17,566 bases of DNA, from the IMG/VR virus record IMGVR_UViG_3300045988_103705. One strand, written 5' to 3'. The translations under genes and the position numbers were made by a program. The notes beneath the pieces were generated by a model that saw only the letters and a program-made list of their open reading frames with translations, ran no database searches and was not told the DNA's origin. The first letter of the stretch is position 1. Every line of letters starts with the position of its first letter. Below, piece after piece: positions 7,938 to 16,927 of the stretch. Source of the stretch: a virus.

Positions 7938-10302
7938 AAATCTTGGCTACTGAAATAATCTTATCATTATTTTTTATCATTATATTTCCCATAGAAATTC
8001 TTGATAGCTTGGGAAAATCTTTTACACTAACGACAATAGAACTCTTATTACCAGAAATTAAAATATCATTATCATCAGACACCAATTCTGCTCCGACAAC
8101 TGTTCCTTTGTAACATGATACTCCTTTGCCACCGCGGTTTTGTTTATTAAACTCTTTTAGCTCAATTTTCTTTCCAAGACCATCTTCTGAAATAATAGCA
8201 AGATAATCTGCATTATTACTTATTGGTAATGCAGCGATAATACTATCATCATCGGATATATTCATTCCTTTTACTCCTTGCGCAGTTCTAGAAGAAATTG
8301 GCATTTCCGCAGTATCAAATCTTATAGTCATTCCATTTTTAGTAACAAGTATCATTTCCTCTTGATTTATAAAAGTTACTGCGGCGAGTTCGTCACCGTC
8401 TTTTAACTTAATTGATACAATTCCAGTTCTCTTCATTGCATCATATTCTTCCAGAGGAACTTTTTTGACTATTCCTTTTTTAGTAGCAAAGAATATAAAC
8501 TTTTTATCTGTATCTCTTGTTAAAGTAGTATATGCCATAGGAACTTCATTATCTTCAAAAGTAATCAGAGTAGATAAGGATACGCCGATAGAATTGTTAT
8601 TTCCTTCTGGAATATTGTCCACGAACAGTCTATACATCTTTCCTTTTGATGAAAATATCATCAAAGTATCTTGTGTATTCGTGGCAGAAGAAAATGTTAT
8701 GATGTCATTAATTTTCATTCCAGTAGTATTTCTTTTTTGAGGTTTAAAAACCTTTTTTGCGATTCTTTTTACTGTACCTTTATTAGAAATAATAACAACA
8801 CAATCTTCTGGCTCTACAACCACTTGTTCTTTCTCTTGTTTAGGGATTTCTGTATTAATAAGTTTTGTGCGGCGAGCATCTCCATATGTATCTTTAAGTT
8901 CGGTAATAAGTTTAATTAACTTATTATTCCTTACTTCTTTATTATTTAACAACTCATTACACTTAGCTATAAACTCTATTTTTTCGTTTAGCTCGTCAAC
9001 TAACTCTTGTTTATCAATGCGAGTTAATTTGCCAAGTTTCATATCTAAAATAGCTTTAGCTTGAATATCATCTACATCTAAGAAAGCAATTAGTTCTTTC
9101 TTTGCTTCATTAGTGTTATTTGCACTTTTAATAATTTTAATAACTTCATCAATCTTATCAACAGCAGCGATCAATCCCTCAAGAATATGTTTGCGGGCCT
9201 CAGCTTTTTCCTTATCAAACTGAGTTGCTTTAATTAATACATCTTCCTGATGGCTGACATAAATCTGTAATAAATCTATCATTGAGCAAAGTCTAGGAGT
9301 TCCATTTACAATATAATTCATATTATAAGAAATAGAAGATTGTAAGTCAGTTAATACAAATAATTGATTTAATGCTTTAGATACAGAAACACCATCTTTT
9401 ACATAAAATACAAGCCTATTATTACCGATATTTGATTCATCATCAAAATCTTCAATAATCTCACTTAATGTTTCAATATTCTTCTCTATTTGCTCTTTTA
9501 TTTTATTTCGATAGGTTCTATAAGGAATACTTGTAAAGATAATTTTTTGCCCATCAATCTCATAGTCGCCTTGAATTTTCAAAGAGATTGTGGATTTTCC
9601 CGTTTTAAACGCGCTCTTTACATCCTTGATATTTAGAACAGTTCCGCCAAGAGGGAAATCTGGGCCAGGAATATAGGTTAGTAATTCATCAATAGTGAGC
9701 GAGCCTTTTTGAATTAGAGCAATTGCTGCATTACATACTTCTGTTAAATTATGTGGAGCGCTATTATGGGCCATGGAAATACCAATGGCTTGTCTTCCAT
9801 TGCAAATAGCATTTGGAAAAAGGGCTGGTAAAATCACTGGCTCCATAAATTCTCCATTATATGTTTCTTTAATTGGAACTACATTTTTCTTGTAATCATT
9901 CATCATTATATCAGCAAATAGTGAAGGTTTTGCCTCTGTATAACGAGAAGAAGAAAACATATCATTATTTTCTTGAGTTCCTAATTGTCCTTGTCCTGTA
10001 ATAAGAGGATAACGCATTAAAAATGGTTGTGCCATCTTTCGAAGAACACCATAGCAAGCAATATCGCCATGAAAGTAAGAGGTGGCTAGAGTAGAACCAA
10101 CAATAGCATTACACTTTTTGGTCTTACTCTTATTATTCATCTTCAAATAATCTTCCATAGTCCAAATGATTTTTCTTTGCGCGCTTAACAGCCCATCCTC
10201 CGCCGCAGGAATGGCTCTATCAGTTAAAACCTCTTCTGCATATGTTAAGAATGTGTTTTTTGCTTCATCAAGAATATCTACTTCTGTAATTAAACTACTC
10301 AT
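7936..10302 (-). CDS. Type II DNA topoisomerase subunit A (GyrA/ParC-like).
   Basis: 788 aa. N-terminal region conserved with GyrA (GDIACYGVLRKMAQPFLMRYPLITGQGQLG). Active-site tyrosine motif FSSSRYTEAK. Confidence 0.85.
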   Translation of the reverse strand: MSSLITEVDILDEAKNTFLTYAEEVLTDRAIPAAEDGLLSAQRKIIWTMEDYLKMNNKSKTKKCNAIVGSTLATSYFHGDIACYGVLRKMAQPFLMRYPLITGQGQLGTQENNDMFSSSRYTEAKPSLFADIMMNDYKKNVVPIKETYNGEFMEPVILPALFPNAICNGRQAIGISMAHNSAPHNLTEVCNAAIALIQKGSLTIDELLTYIPGPDFPLGGTVLNIKDVKSAFKTGKSTISLKIQGDYEIDGQKIIFTSIPYRTYRNKIKEQIEKNIETLSEIIEDFDDESNIGNNRLVFYVKDGVSVSKALNQLFVLTDLQSSISYNMNYIVNGTPRLCSMIDLLQIYVSHQEDVLIKATQFDKEKAEARKHILEGLIAAVDKIDEVIKIIKSANNTNEAKKELIAFLDVDDIQAKAILDMKLGKLTRIDKQELVDELNEKIEFIAKCNELLNNKEVRNNKLIKLITELKDTYGDARRTKLINTEIPKQEKEQVVVEPEDCVVIISNKGTVKRIAKKVFKPQKRNTTGMKINDIITFSSATNTQDTLMIFSSKGKMYRLFVDNIPEGNNNSIGVSLSTLITFEDNEVPMAYTTLTRDTDKKFIFFATKKGIVKKVPLEEYDAMKRTGIVSIKLKDGDELAAVTFINQEEMILVTKNGMTIRFDTAEMPISSRTAQGVKGMNISDDDSIIAALPISNNADYLAIISEDGLGKKIELKEFNKQNRGGKGVSCYKGTVVGAELVSDDNDILISGNKSSIVVSVKDFPKLSRISMGNIMIKNNDKIISVAKI

Positions 10303-10314
10303 TTATACACTTCC

Positions 10315-12204
10315 TCATTCAAAATTAAATCCTAATTCTTCTGCATTATCATAGATATATTGCTTGCGGGGTTCAACTGCGCTTCCCATCAAAATTTCGA
10401 GCAATTCTGTGGTAGCTTTGGCATCACTGATAGTAATGCGTTTATATCTTTCATTCATAAAACATACTTTTTGCAGATCCTCTGGATTTAATTCTCCCAA
10501 TCCCTTAGCTCTAAGTAAATCATAACTGCCGCTATGATTCTTTTTCCACTCTTCAAGTTCATTGTCACTATAACAGTAATACTCTTTTCCTTTTTGTCGA
10601 ATAATATATAATGGAGTTACAGCTCTATATAACTTACCAGCTTCAATAAGAGGACGCATATATGTATAGAAGAAAGTAATAAGCATTAATTCAATATCTG
10701 CACCATCACTATCTGCATCGGCCGTGATTACAACTTTATCAACGGTCAATTTACTAATATCAAAATCTTTACCAAAGCCTCCACCAAGGATCCTAATAAT
10801 ATCAGACATTTCTTGGTTAGAAAGCAGCTTATCAATAGCAGTCTTTAATGGGCTGATAATTTTTCCTCGCAACATATAAATGCAATCCGTTTTAGGATTT
10901 CGCGCTTCTACTGCGGAAGCTCCTGCGGATAGTCCCTCAACAAGCAAGAGATTACGATCTTTAGGGATACGATTTCCGCAATCAATAAACTTATTACTAA
11001 GTTTCATTTTTGCCTTTAATCCGGTTTCTTTCTTTGTCTTTATTCCTCTTGCTGCCTCTCTTGCTTTACGAGCTGCCTCTCTTGCTTTTCTAGCATTTAA
11101 TGCTTTATCCGCGATACTTTTAATTTCTTTTTCATTTGTTGTGAACCAATATTGCAGCTCTTCTGCTATTGCTTGCGTAAAAGGTTTCATATCTAGTTTT
11201 GTGACACGAGATTTTACTTGAGCATCATATCCAATATTTGGTGCTGTAATATTAAAAACAAGATACATTCCTTCTTGGCAATCATCTCCAGAGAGATTTT
11301 CATCCTTATCTTTTAGCCACCCTTTTTCTCGGAAGAATTTATTAAATTCTCTTGTTAAAAGGGTTTTAATTTGCGTAATATGCGGACCAGCTTCTGTTAA
11401 ACCAGTATTTACATATGGGACAATCGTAGAAGAGTAGTTATTTGTATAAGTTAGAGCTAAATCCAACTTATTTTTACCTTCGGAAAAATTAATTGAGAAA
11501 CGATTTTTCAGAATCTCTTTTCCCTTAACGCCTTCATCTAACAAATCCATAAGACCATTCTTAGAGAAGAACTCTGTCTTTTTTCCATTATCATCTAGTT
11601 TGATAGTTAGCCCCGGACAGAGACATACAATAGTTTTAAATAAGGAGCTTAATGCTTTTGTGTCTGGCTTTGGATCAGTAAAAAACTCTTCACTTGCAAT
11701 CCAGAAAACAGAAGTTCCATGAACATTTTTATCAACCTTACAAGAATCTCTAGATTCAAAAATGCCCTCTTTGAATCTTACTTGTTCTCCTTCTCCATCT
11801 CTATATGTCCACACAGTTAATTCGTGACTAAGATAAGTTGCAAGTTTGCTACCAATACCAAAACTACCAAGAGAAGTTCCCTCATAAGTTCCATCTTCTC
11901 TATATTTACCACTGGTATTTAATACACTAAATGCGGCTTCTAGAATTGTTTTCCCATCTTCTCTAAAAGAATTAGGAATAAATCCTTGACCATGATCGCT
12001 GACAGACACTCTGGTACCATTAATTTGTACGTCTATTTCATTACCGTGACCCAATCTAAATTCATCTACCGAGTTTGATACAATCTCTACTACTAATTGA
12101 GTAGAAGTTGATGTATCTCCGCAATATACCCCAGGTCTTAAACGAGTAAATTCTAGAGGACTTAATGACTCAATACTTTTTTCATTATATAACTTATCTG
12201 ACAT
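10315..12204 (-). CDS. Type II DNA topoisomerase subunit B (GyrB/ParE-like). Stop is TGA.
   Basis: 629 aa. GHKL ATPase N-terminus (LRPGVYCGDT...VVEIVSNSVDE). Toprim LLVEGLSAGAS and MLRGKI. Contains a short tandem KAREAAR KAREAAR repeat. Confidence 0.85.
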   Translation of the reverse strand: MSDKLYNEKSIESLSPLEFTRLRPGVYCGDTSTSTQLVVEIVSNSVDEFRLGHGNEIDVQINGTRVSVSDHGQGFIPNSFREDGKTILEAAFSVLNTSGKYREDGTYEGTSLGSFGIGSKLATYLSHELTVWTYRDGEGEQVRFKEGIFESRDSCKVDKNVHGTSVFWIASEEFFTDPKPDTKALSSLFKTIVCLCPGLTIKLDDNGKKTEFFSKNGLMDLLDEGVKGKEILKNRFSINFSEGKNKLDLALTYTNNYSSTIVPYVNTGLTEAGPHITQIKTLLTREFNKFFREKGWLKDKDENLSGDDCQEGMYLVFNITAPNIGYDAQVKSRVTKLDMKPFTQAIAEELQYWFTTNEKEIKSIADKALNARKAREAARKAREAARGIKTKKETGLKAKMKLSNKFIDCGNRIPKDRNLLLVEGLSAGASAVEARNPKTDCIYMLRGKIISPLKTAIDKLLSNQEMSDIIRILGGGFGKDFDISKLTVDKVVITADADSDGADIELMLITFFYTYMRPLIEAGKLYRAVTPLYIIRQKGKEYYCYSDNELEEWKKNHSGSYDLLRAKGLGELNPEDLQKVCFMNERYKRITISDAKATTELLEILMGSAVEPRKQYIYDNAEELGFNFE

Positions 12205-12669
12205 TTATTCACCATACTCTCTTAAAATTTCTTCTGAGGTCATTCTTCCAGTAGCCAATGCATCAGCTAGTTCATTATAAAGCTCTCCGTCATGACCTTT
12301 GATTTTTCTTAAATCAATTCTATAGTCTTTGCTTAACATATCATAGGTCTTAATTAAATCAAGATTTTCTAGCTTTTTACCTCCAGCTCTTGTCCAACTA
12401 TTAGCTTTCCATCCTTTAATCCATGAAGTAAAACTATTTACACAATAAGCGGAATCGCTATAAACAATAGGGGCAAAGAAATCTCCATCTTTAGCTCCAT
12501 AGTTTTCAAGAGCATAAATTATAGCAGACATTTCCATCCTATTATTAGTAGTTTTAGGTTCACGCTCTGCATAAGCAGCTATAACAATACCATTATCATC
12601 AACTACTATAACCCCAAAACCTCCTGGGCCGGGATTTCCTAAGCAAGAACCATCAGTATATATAGTCAT
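12205..12669 (-). CDS. rnhA: Ribonuclease HI.
   Basis: 154 aa. Begins MTIYTDGSCLGNPGPGGFGVIV. Confidence 0.85.
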   Translation of the reverse strand: MTIYTDGSCLGNPGPGGFGVIVVDDNGIVIAAYAEREPKTTNNRMEMSAIIYALENYGAKDGDFFAPIVYSDSAYCVNSFTSWIKGWKANSWTRAGGKKLENLDLIKTYDMLSKDYRIDLRKIKGHDGELYNELADALATGRMTSEEILREYGE

Positions 12670-12715
12670 AAATATAAATGCTCCTTTATTTTTATTCTTT
12701 TTATTTTCTTAATAT

Positions 12716-12744
12716 ATAATATCATATATTTTAAGAAAAATCAA
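12716..12744 (-). promoter_or_regulatory. Promoter TTGATT-N17-TATTAT (extended -10 TGATATTAT) for the rnhA/topoisomerase operon.
   Basis: Minus strand reads TTGATT TTTCTTAAAATATATGA TATTAT. Confidence 0.55.
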
Positions 12745-12757
12745 ACTACAAACAAAT

Positions 12758-12793
12758 AAAGGCTTAATGAGTATTTAACTCATTAAGCCTTTA
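12758..12793 (-). terminator. Intrinsic terminator (15-bp perfect stem aaaggcttaatgagt / actcattaagccttt) ending the lysis cassette.
   Basis: Perfect inverted repeat, followed on the minus strand by ATTTGTTTGTAGTTTGATTTTT. Confidence 0.7.
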
Positions 12794-12795
12794 TA

Positions 12796-13131
12796 TTAAA
12801 TAGGACCATCGAGATCAATGGGAATATCATTAGAGGCTGAAAAATCTTCTGCGGGGATGTTATATGCAGAATTGAATTCAGTTTCTTTTAAAGCTAGGTC
12901 ATAAGTAATGCCGCCCTTTTTGTGATCTGATTTAGCCATTGCTAAATAAAAAGAACAAACTACTCCGTGGGCGCTCCATGGTAGACCAACAAGAGCACTA
13001 ATCCATGGAAGGGTTCCTAAATATCCCATATAAACACACATAAATGCCAAAAGGATACCTGACACAGTCACGACCCATAATAACATACGAATATCATTTA
13101 TAAGTTTTTTGGAAAATTCTAATTTTTTCAT
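12796..13131 (-). CDS. Holin-like protein: two TM segments, charged C-terminus, ATGA overlap with the endolysin stop.
   Basis: 111 aa. Hydrophobic helices LLWVVTVSGILLAFMCVYMGYL and ISALVGLPWSAHGVVCSFYLAMA. Lies immediately downstream of the endolysin. Confidence 0.5.
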   Translation of the reverse strand: MKKLEFSKKLINDIRMLLWVVTVSGILLAFMCVYMGYLGTLPWISALVGLPWSAHGVVCSFYLAMAKSDHKKGGITYDLALKETEFNSAYNIPAEDFSASNDIPIDLDGPI

Positions 13132-14537
13132 TTTAAACCCAGCTTTTCAGCCAATCTTCTTAACATAGTTACAGTTTCTAATCTAGTGCAGAATTTATTT
13201 GGCATCATTCTTCCAGCACTGTCTCCAGCCATAATCCCATTTGCTTTAGCCCATTCAAGATTATCGGTGCCCCAAGTTTCTTTTTCATTAGCTTTATTAG
13301 TAAGCCAAGTATTCATAAGTTCAGCGAATTTCTCGTCAGTCATATCTTCATCATCCTCCTAGATATTTGACATTAAATTATAAACATCTGTTCTTGCGGT
13401 TTCCATGCTTTTTCCAAATTTTGGAAACCAATGGTTTACATCTGCATGATTAGATCCTAACCCTAACTTGTGACTATCAGCATGACATAAAATAGTTGGA
13501 ACGGTGATACCATTTAAAGTAGTGGTTCCCAATGGATTTATGTTATACATTTTACATAAATAAGCAGTAATTTGACAAGCCTCTTCATAAATTTTGTTAA
13601 AATAATTTGCATCATTTAATCCATCTTCGCAAATTTCAAACTGAATCCATCCATTATTACAAGAACCTTTAGACCCAGAACCGCATCCCCAAGGACGATA
13701 ATTCCATGGCATCGTCTATACTGTTGTTACCGTTCCATCAGCTAATTTACCAATCCAACAGTTTAATCCAGCTTGAATAGATATATGATTCCAGTCATTC
13801 TTGCTAGTATTTTTTCCTAATTTATTTATTAAACTGGTATAGTTAGGATCATTATCGCTTGGCTGTACGTATCTTTTTAAATTAGGATTATTTGCACCAG
13901 TACTATGCCATAAGATTCCTTTGACTTGCATGGTGCGTGTTTGTTTATAGCAAGTGCTATTTGTCATCATACATTGAAGTGGTTTATTGCTATCGCTATA
14001 TTTCATTTTATTACCTCCTTCAATTACATTTGAAATGTTAGCAAATTTATTATAATACTATTGACCATAATTAGCCCTCTTTTGTTGCATAGAAAAACTC
14101 TAGTCTGAAGGTCGTTCAAACTAGAGTAATACCGCGGTAGAAGCTTCTGTGACAGAAGTAGCAGAAATCAAAATTTTAACTAAACTAGAAAAACTTGTAA
14201 TTAATTCCTAATATAAAAAATCTAATTGAGTATTTAAATCTCCAATGGATTTACCTCGACTTTGACAGAACTAAAGCAAATTTTGTTTTCTGCTCCAAAA
14301 TGTCCATTGAGCCAATCCATACCCCGCTCCATCTTTTACAAAGTTTTTGTATCTTCCGTCATCAACTGCGGAAGTATATTCTGTATCGGTCATTTTTAAT
14401 TTTTTTTCATATGTGTTCTATAAGTTAATAGAATTAAGTTCACTCTCGGCATAAAGATTGCCCATTAAACCGGCAATTCCGCAATCACTAAAACCTTTGC
14501 CTTTAAAGTATTTCCAAATAACTTGGGCATTAGTCAT
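13128..14537 (-). CDS. Modular endolysin: phage-tail-lysozyme-like domain (GIAGLMGNLYAESELN...QLDFLY...FERP), Amidase_2/PGRP N-acetylmuramoyl-L-alanine amidase, and SLH cell-wall-binding domain. Contains 8 in-frame TAG codons.
   Basis: A single frame runs from ATG 14535-14537 to TGA 13128-13130. Its only interruptions are TAGs at 14418-14420, 14271-14273, 14208-14210, 14121-14123, 14100-14102, 14058-14060, 13716-13718 and 13359-13361. ORF-track fragments 13716..14006, 13359..13712 and 13128..13343 are in-frame pieces of it. Amidase motifs are ILWHSTGANNP and NNGWIQFEICED; SLH motif is WAKANGIMAGDSAGRMMPNKFCTRLETVTMLRRL. An internal SD GAAGGAGGT lies 7 nt before the ATG at 14004-14006. Confidence 0.8.
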
Positions 14538-14539
14538 TT

Positions 14540-15394
14540 TTATTTTTTTGTAATGAAAGAGCTATATCCAGCGGATTTTAATTTATCTTTTAGTCTTTCT
14601 GCATTTAATTTCACAGAGAAAGCGCCTAATTGAACTTTATAAAAAACTCCTACTTTCTTGACATATCCGCTAAATCCTTTCTCTTCCAATTCCTTTAACA
14701 TATTCTCTGCATTGGTTTTAGATAGAAATGCTCCTACTTGAACTCTGTAAAGAACTACCTCTTGTTCTTTCTTAAAATATACACACATTACATTATCAAC
14801 TGGTCTTGCATAAATTTGAGAAGTTTTTCTTTTCCCATCTATTAGTAATCTAGTAGATCCGCCTCCATCTAAATTAATAGCATATTCTACTTTCAATTCA
14901 AGAAAAATTTGCTATAGGGCAGCATAAGCAAGACCTGGAGAATCTACGGTTACAATATAATAATTATTTTTATTCCATCCAATACAAGTCCTGCGGGCTT
15001 TATGATCTAATTCTTTTCCATCTGTTATAACTATCTTTTTGCTATCTACAATTAATGCAGGATAAGCTGCAATAAAATCTCTGGCGGTTTGTAATCTTTT
15101 TAATGTTGTATATATAAGTGTTTTATTGCCGCTAATTGCAACCCCATGGCGAAAATCAGACTAAATAACAGTTCCTTCGTCTTTATAACTAAAGCAGGTA
15201 TTGCCATTGTTCATAGCAAAGAACCCTCCATTAGTAACAATATCTGGTTTAGTAGTCTGTCTTTTATAATAAACATCTGGAGTTTCCGTCGGTTGATTAC
15301 ATAAGGCAAAGTCAATTTTTTCAATGTCTACGAAGGGAATTGTTACAATTTGAACATAAGAATAGAGACTATGTTTTTTAATGCTATATCCCAT
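14540..15394 (-). CDS. NAGPA (phosphodiester glycosidase-like) domain protein with two C-terminal SPOR domains. Interrupted by in-frame TAGs at 15161-15163 and 14912-14914 and an in-frame TGA at 14897-14899.
   Basis: ORFs 15161..15394 (..NGGFF..) and 14540..14896 (AINLDGGGST..., then two SPOR repeats YRVQVGAF.. and YKVQLGAF..) share one frame. The intervening frame encodes ..IVTVDSPGLAYAAL[TAG]QIFL[TGA]LKVEYAINLDGGGS, which fits the conserved NAGPA domain core without gaps. RBS AAAGGAGATAAAGT upstream. Confidence 0.6.
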
Positions 15395-15416
15395 ACTTTA
15401 TCTCCTTTCAATAATA

Positions 15417-15444
15417 AAACCCAATCTCTTTAGAGATTGGGTTT
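15417..15444 (-). terminator. Intrinsic terminator (13-bp perfect stem aaacccaatctct / gagattgggttt) between phoH and the lysis genes. No promoter follows it.
   Basis: Perfect inverted repeat followed on the minus strand by TTTTATTATTG, then directly the RBS and ATG of the NAGPA gene. Confidence 0.65.
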
Positions 15445-15447
15445 AAA

Positions 15448-16704
15448 TCAAATATATTCAGCTATTTGCGCGATTCTAGATCTATAAATATTACGGAGTT
15501 CTACTTCACCGTATATATCTTGTCCTCTATAAACTTTAGAAACTCGTTTCATTCCATTGTTTATGCCAGCAAAATGAATATCATCAACTTGAGTTTTTTC
15601 ATCGCCGTCAATGATACAAATGCAATCCTCTCCAATTCTTTGAAGAGCCAACTTAATAAGTGTACGATCTAAATTCTGAGCTTCAGAAATGTATATACCT
15701 GCTCTTGAACCATTGGTATCATATCCTCTAATATCCGACATTGGTAGTAAAATTAATTTTTCTTCGCTCATAAGATGTTCTACTCCCGTTCTACCGCCGA
15801 ATTTAGATATTAGGAGATTGCCGATTTGAGAGTCTAATAGTTTTTCATCTCTTGTTCCAGGGAGAAATCCTAATCTTGCACTATTGGCTGTTGCAACGGT
15901 ATTGCAAAATACAATAATATGATCGAGTTCGCCTTTTTCTAGCTTAGACATTAAATAGGCTAGACTAATAAATGTCTTACCAGATCCCGCGGGCCCTTTA
16001 ATTAAAGTAATTTTATTATTAGATAAACTATCAAAAAGTAACTTTTGGTAAATATCATTTTGATATGGCTTTACTTTTCCAAACCAGTTTGAATTAAAGT
16101 CACTATAATTTAAATATCTATGGTCGTTTCCAGTCCACACTCTCAAATCTACTACTTTATCATCTATATCTCTTATAATGAGATATTCTCCAACATGAAG
16201 ATTAAAATGATTCAGCTCTGGTTTTTGATAAAACTCTGTAAGATTCTCATCACTAGCAGAAATTTCTTTATATCCACTATAATTATCAGTTTCTTCTGGA
16301 ATACTTTCTATCATGTCAGACCCGAAGAATAGATTTGCAATATGCTTTAGGCTTAAATCATTTGTTACAAAGATGACTTCATCCACTCTTTTATTATTAT
16401 TATACCAAATTGCATCAGACAGTATCCTTGTATCATCCGTTACGTCAAGACACATTTCTTTAATATAGTCTTCAAAATCTGTTTGATGGATTACTACTTC
16501 ATACATATCAGGGTGCGTTTCAAATAAATGTAGCAATAATCTAGCTGAATATTTTATATCTGAATCTTTATTGTTAGCGGTTTTAATTCTTTCCAATTCC
16601 TGAAAAGTAATTGATGATACAATAAATTTTTCATCATTATTGAATAAGCCTTCTCCGCATATCAATAGTGAACAAGTATCATAGAACCGAATATCTTTAT
16701 TCAT
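15448..16704 (-). CDS. phoH: PIN-domain plus PhoH-like ATPase (YlaK-like). Stop is TGA.
   Basis: 418 aa. N-terminal PIN-like region (RFYDTCSLL...). PhoH P-loop LIKGPAGSGKTFISLAYLM. Confidence 0.8.
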   Translation of the reverse strand: MNKDIRFYDTCSLLICGEGLFNNDEKFIVSSITFQELERIKTANNKDSDIKYSARLLLHLFETHPDMYEVVIHQTDFEDYIKEMCLDVTDDTRILSDAIWYNNNKRVDEVIFVTNDLSLKHIANLFFGSDMIESIPEETDNYSGYKEISASDENLTEFYQKPELNHFNLHVGEYLIIRDIDDKVVDLRVWTGNDHRYLNYSDFNSNWFGKVKPYQNDIYQKLLFDSLSNNKITLIKGPAGSGKTFISLAYLMSKLEKGELDHIIVFCNTVATANSARLGFLPGTRDEKLLDSQIGNLLISKFGGRTGVEHLMSEEKLILLPMSDIRGYDTNGSRAGIYISEAQNLDRTLIKLALQRIGEDCICIIDGDEKTQVDDIHFAGINNGMKRVSKVYRGQDIYGEVELRNIYRSRIAQIAEYI

Positions 16705-16927
16705 AATTTTCCTCTTCCTCTTCTGATGTAGTAGTAGTAAATCCTATAACTTTTACACTCTTATTTATAGAGTTATTTAATTTATCTATTTTAGCATTAC
16801 ACTCTACTATTTTTATACTTAATCTCGCTTTTAAGAGTTCTACAAAGACAGAAATAAGCTCTTTCAAGTCCAAAATGATTGGAATACCCAACGATCCAAT
16901 AAGAATACCTATAAGTAAATATAACAA
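16697..16927 (-). CDS. Small membrane protein with an acidic C-terminus (..SEEEEENYE). TTG start preceded by AAGGTGG. Overlaps the phoH start.
   Basis: 76 aa. N-terminal hydrophobic helix LYLLIGILIGSLGIPIIL. Confidence 0.4.
   Translation of the reverse strand: MLYLLIGILIGSLGIPIILDLKELISVFVELLKARLSIKIVECNAKIDKLNNSINKSVKVIGFTTTTSEEEEENYE

Noticed and set aside
11040-11100. Tandem nucleotide repeat in the GyrB-like gene (about 21-nt unit x2 encoding KAREAAR KAREAAR) as a possible repeat or CRISPR-like element.
   Set aside because: Only two units, in-frame within a CDS. It is a small duplication in a linker, not a repeat array.
13128-14006. Three separate genes (amidase N-half 13716..14006, amidase C-half 13359..13712, SLH 13128..13343).
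   Set aside because: They are contiguous in one frame, separated only by TAG codons, and together form a canonical Amidase_2 + SLH endolysin. A split amidase domain would be non-functional.
14095-14160. Cluster of palindromes (actctagt..actagagt and the 10-bp agaagcttct palindrome) as a possible operator or restriction-site cluster.
   Set aside because: They lie inside the conserved C-terminal part of the lysozyme-like domain coding sequence (..SVTEASTAVLL[TAG]FERPSD..). The protein-coding constraint explains the sequence, and no regulatory context is evident.
14897-14899. TGA as a second globally reassigned stop codon.
   Set aside because: TGA terminates at least four well-defined genes here (thyX, gyrB-like, endolysin and phoH), with downstream genes starting immediately after. 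The single internal TGA is better explained as mutation, error or local readthrough.
25-16332. Plus-strand ORFs from the six-frame track: 25..207, 874..1062, 1875..2093, 2780..3163, 3386..3730, 4451..4741, 6757..6987, 8465..8740, 8671..8919, 8867..9064, 10166..10354, 10880..11221, 15466..15672, 16120..16332.
   Set aside because: All are short, low-complexity, and lie antisense to minus-strand genes with clear homology. They are typical shadow ORFs in AT-rich DNA with no RBS or promoter support.
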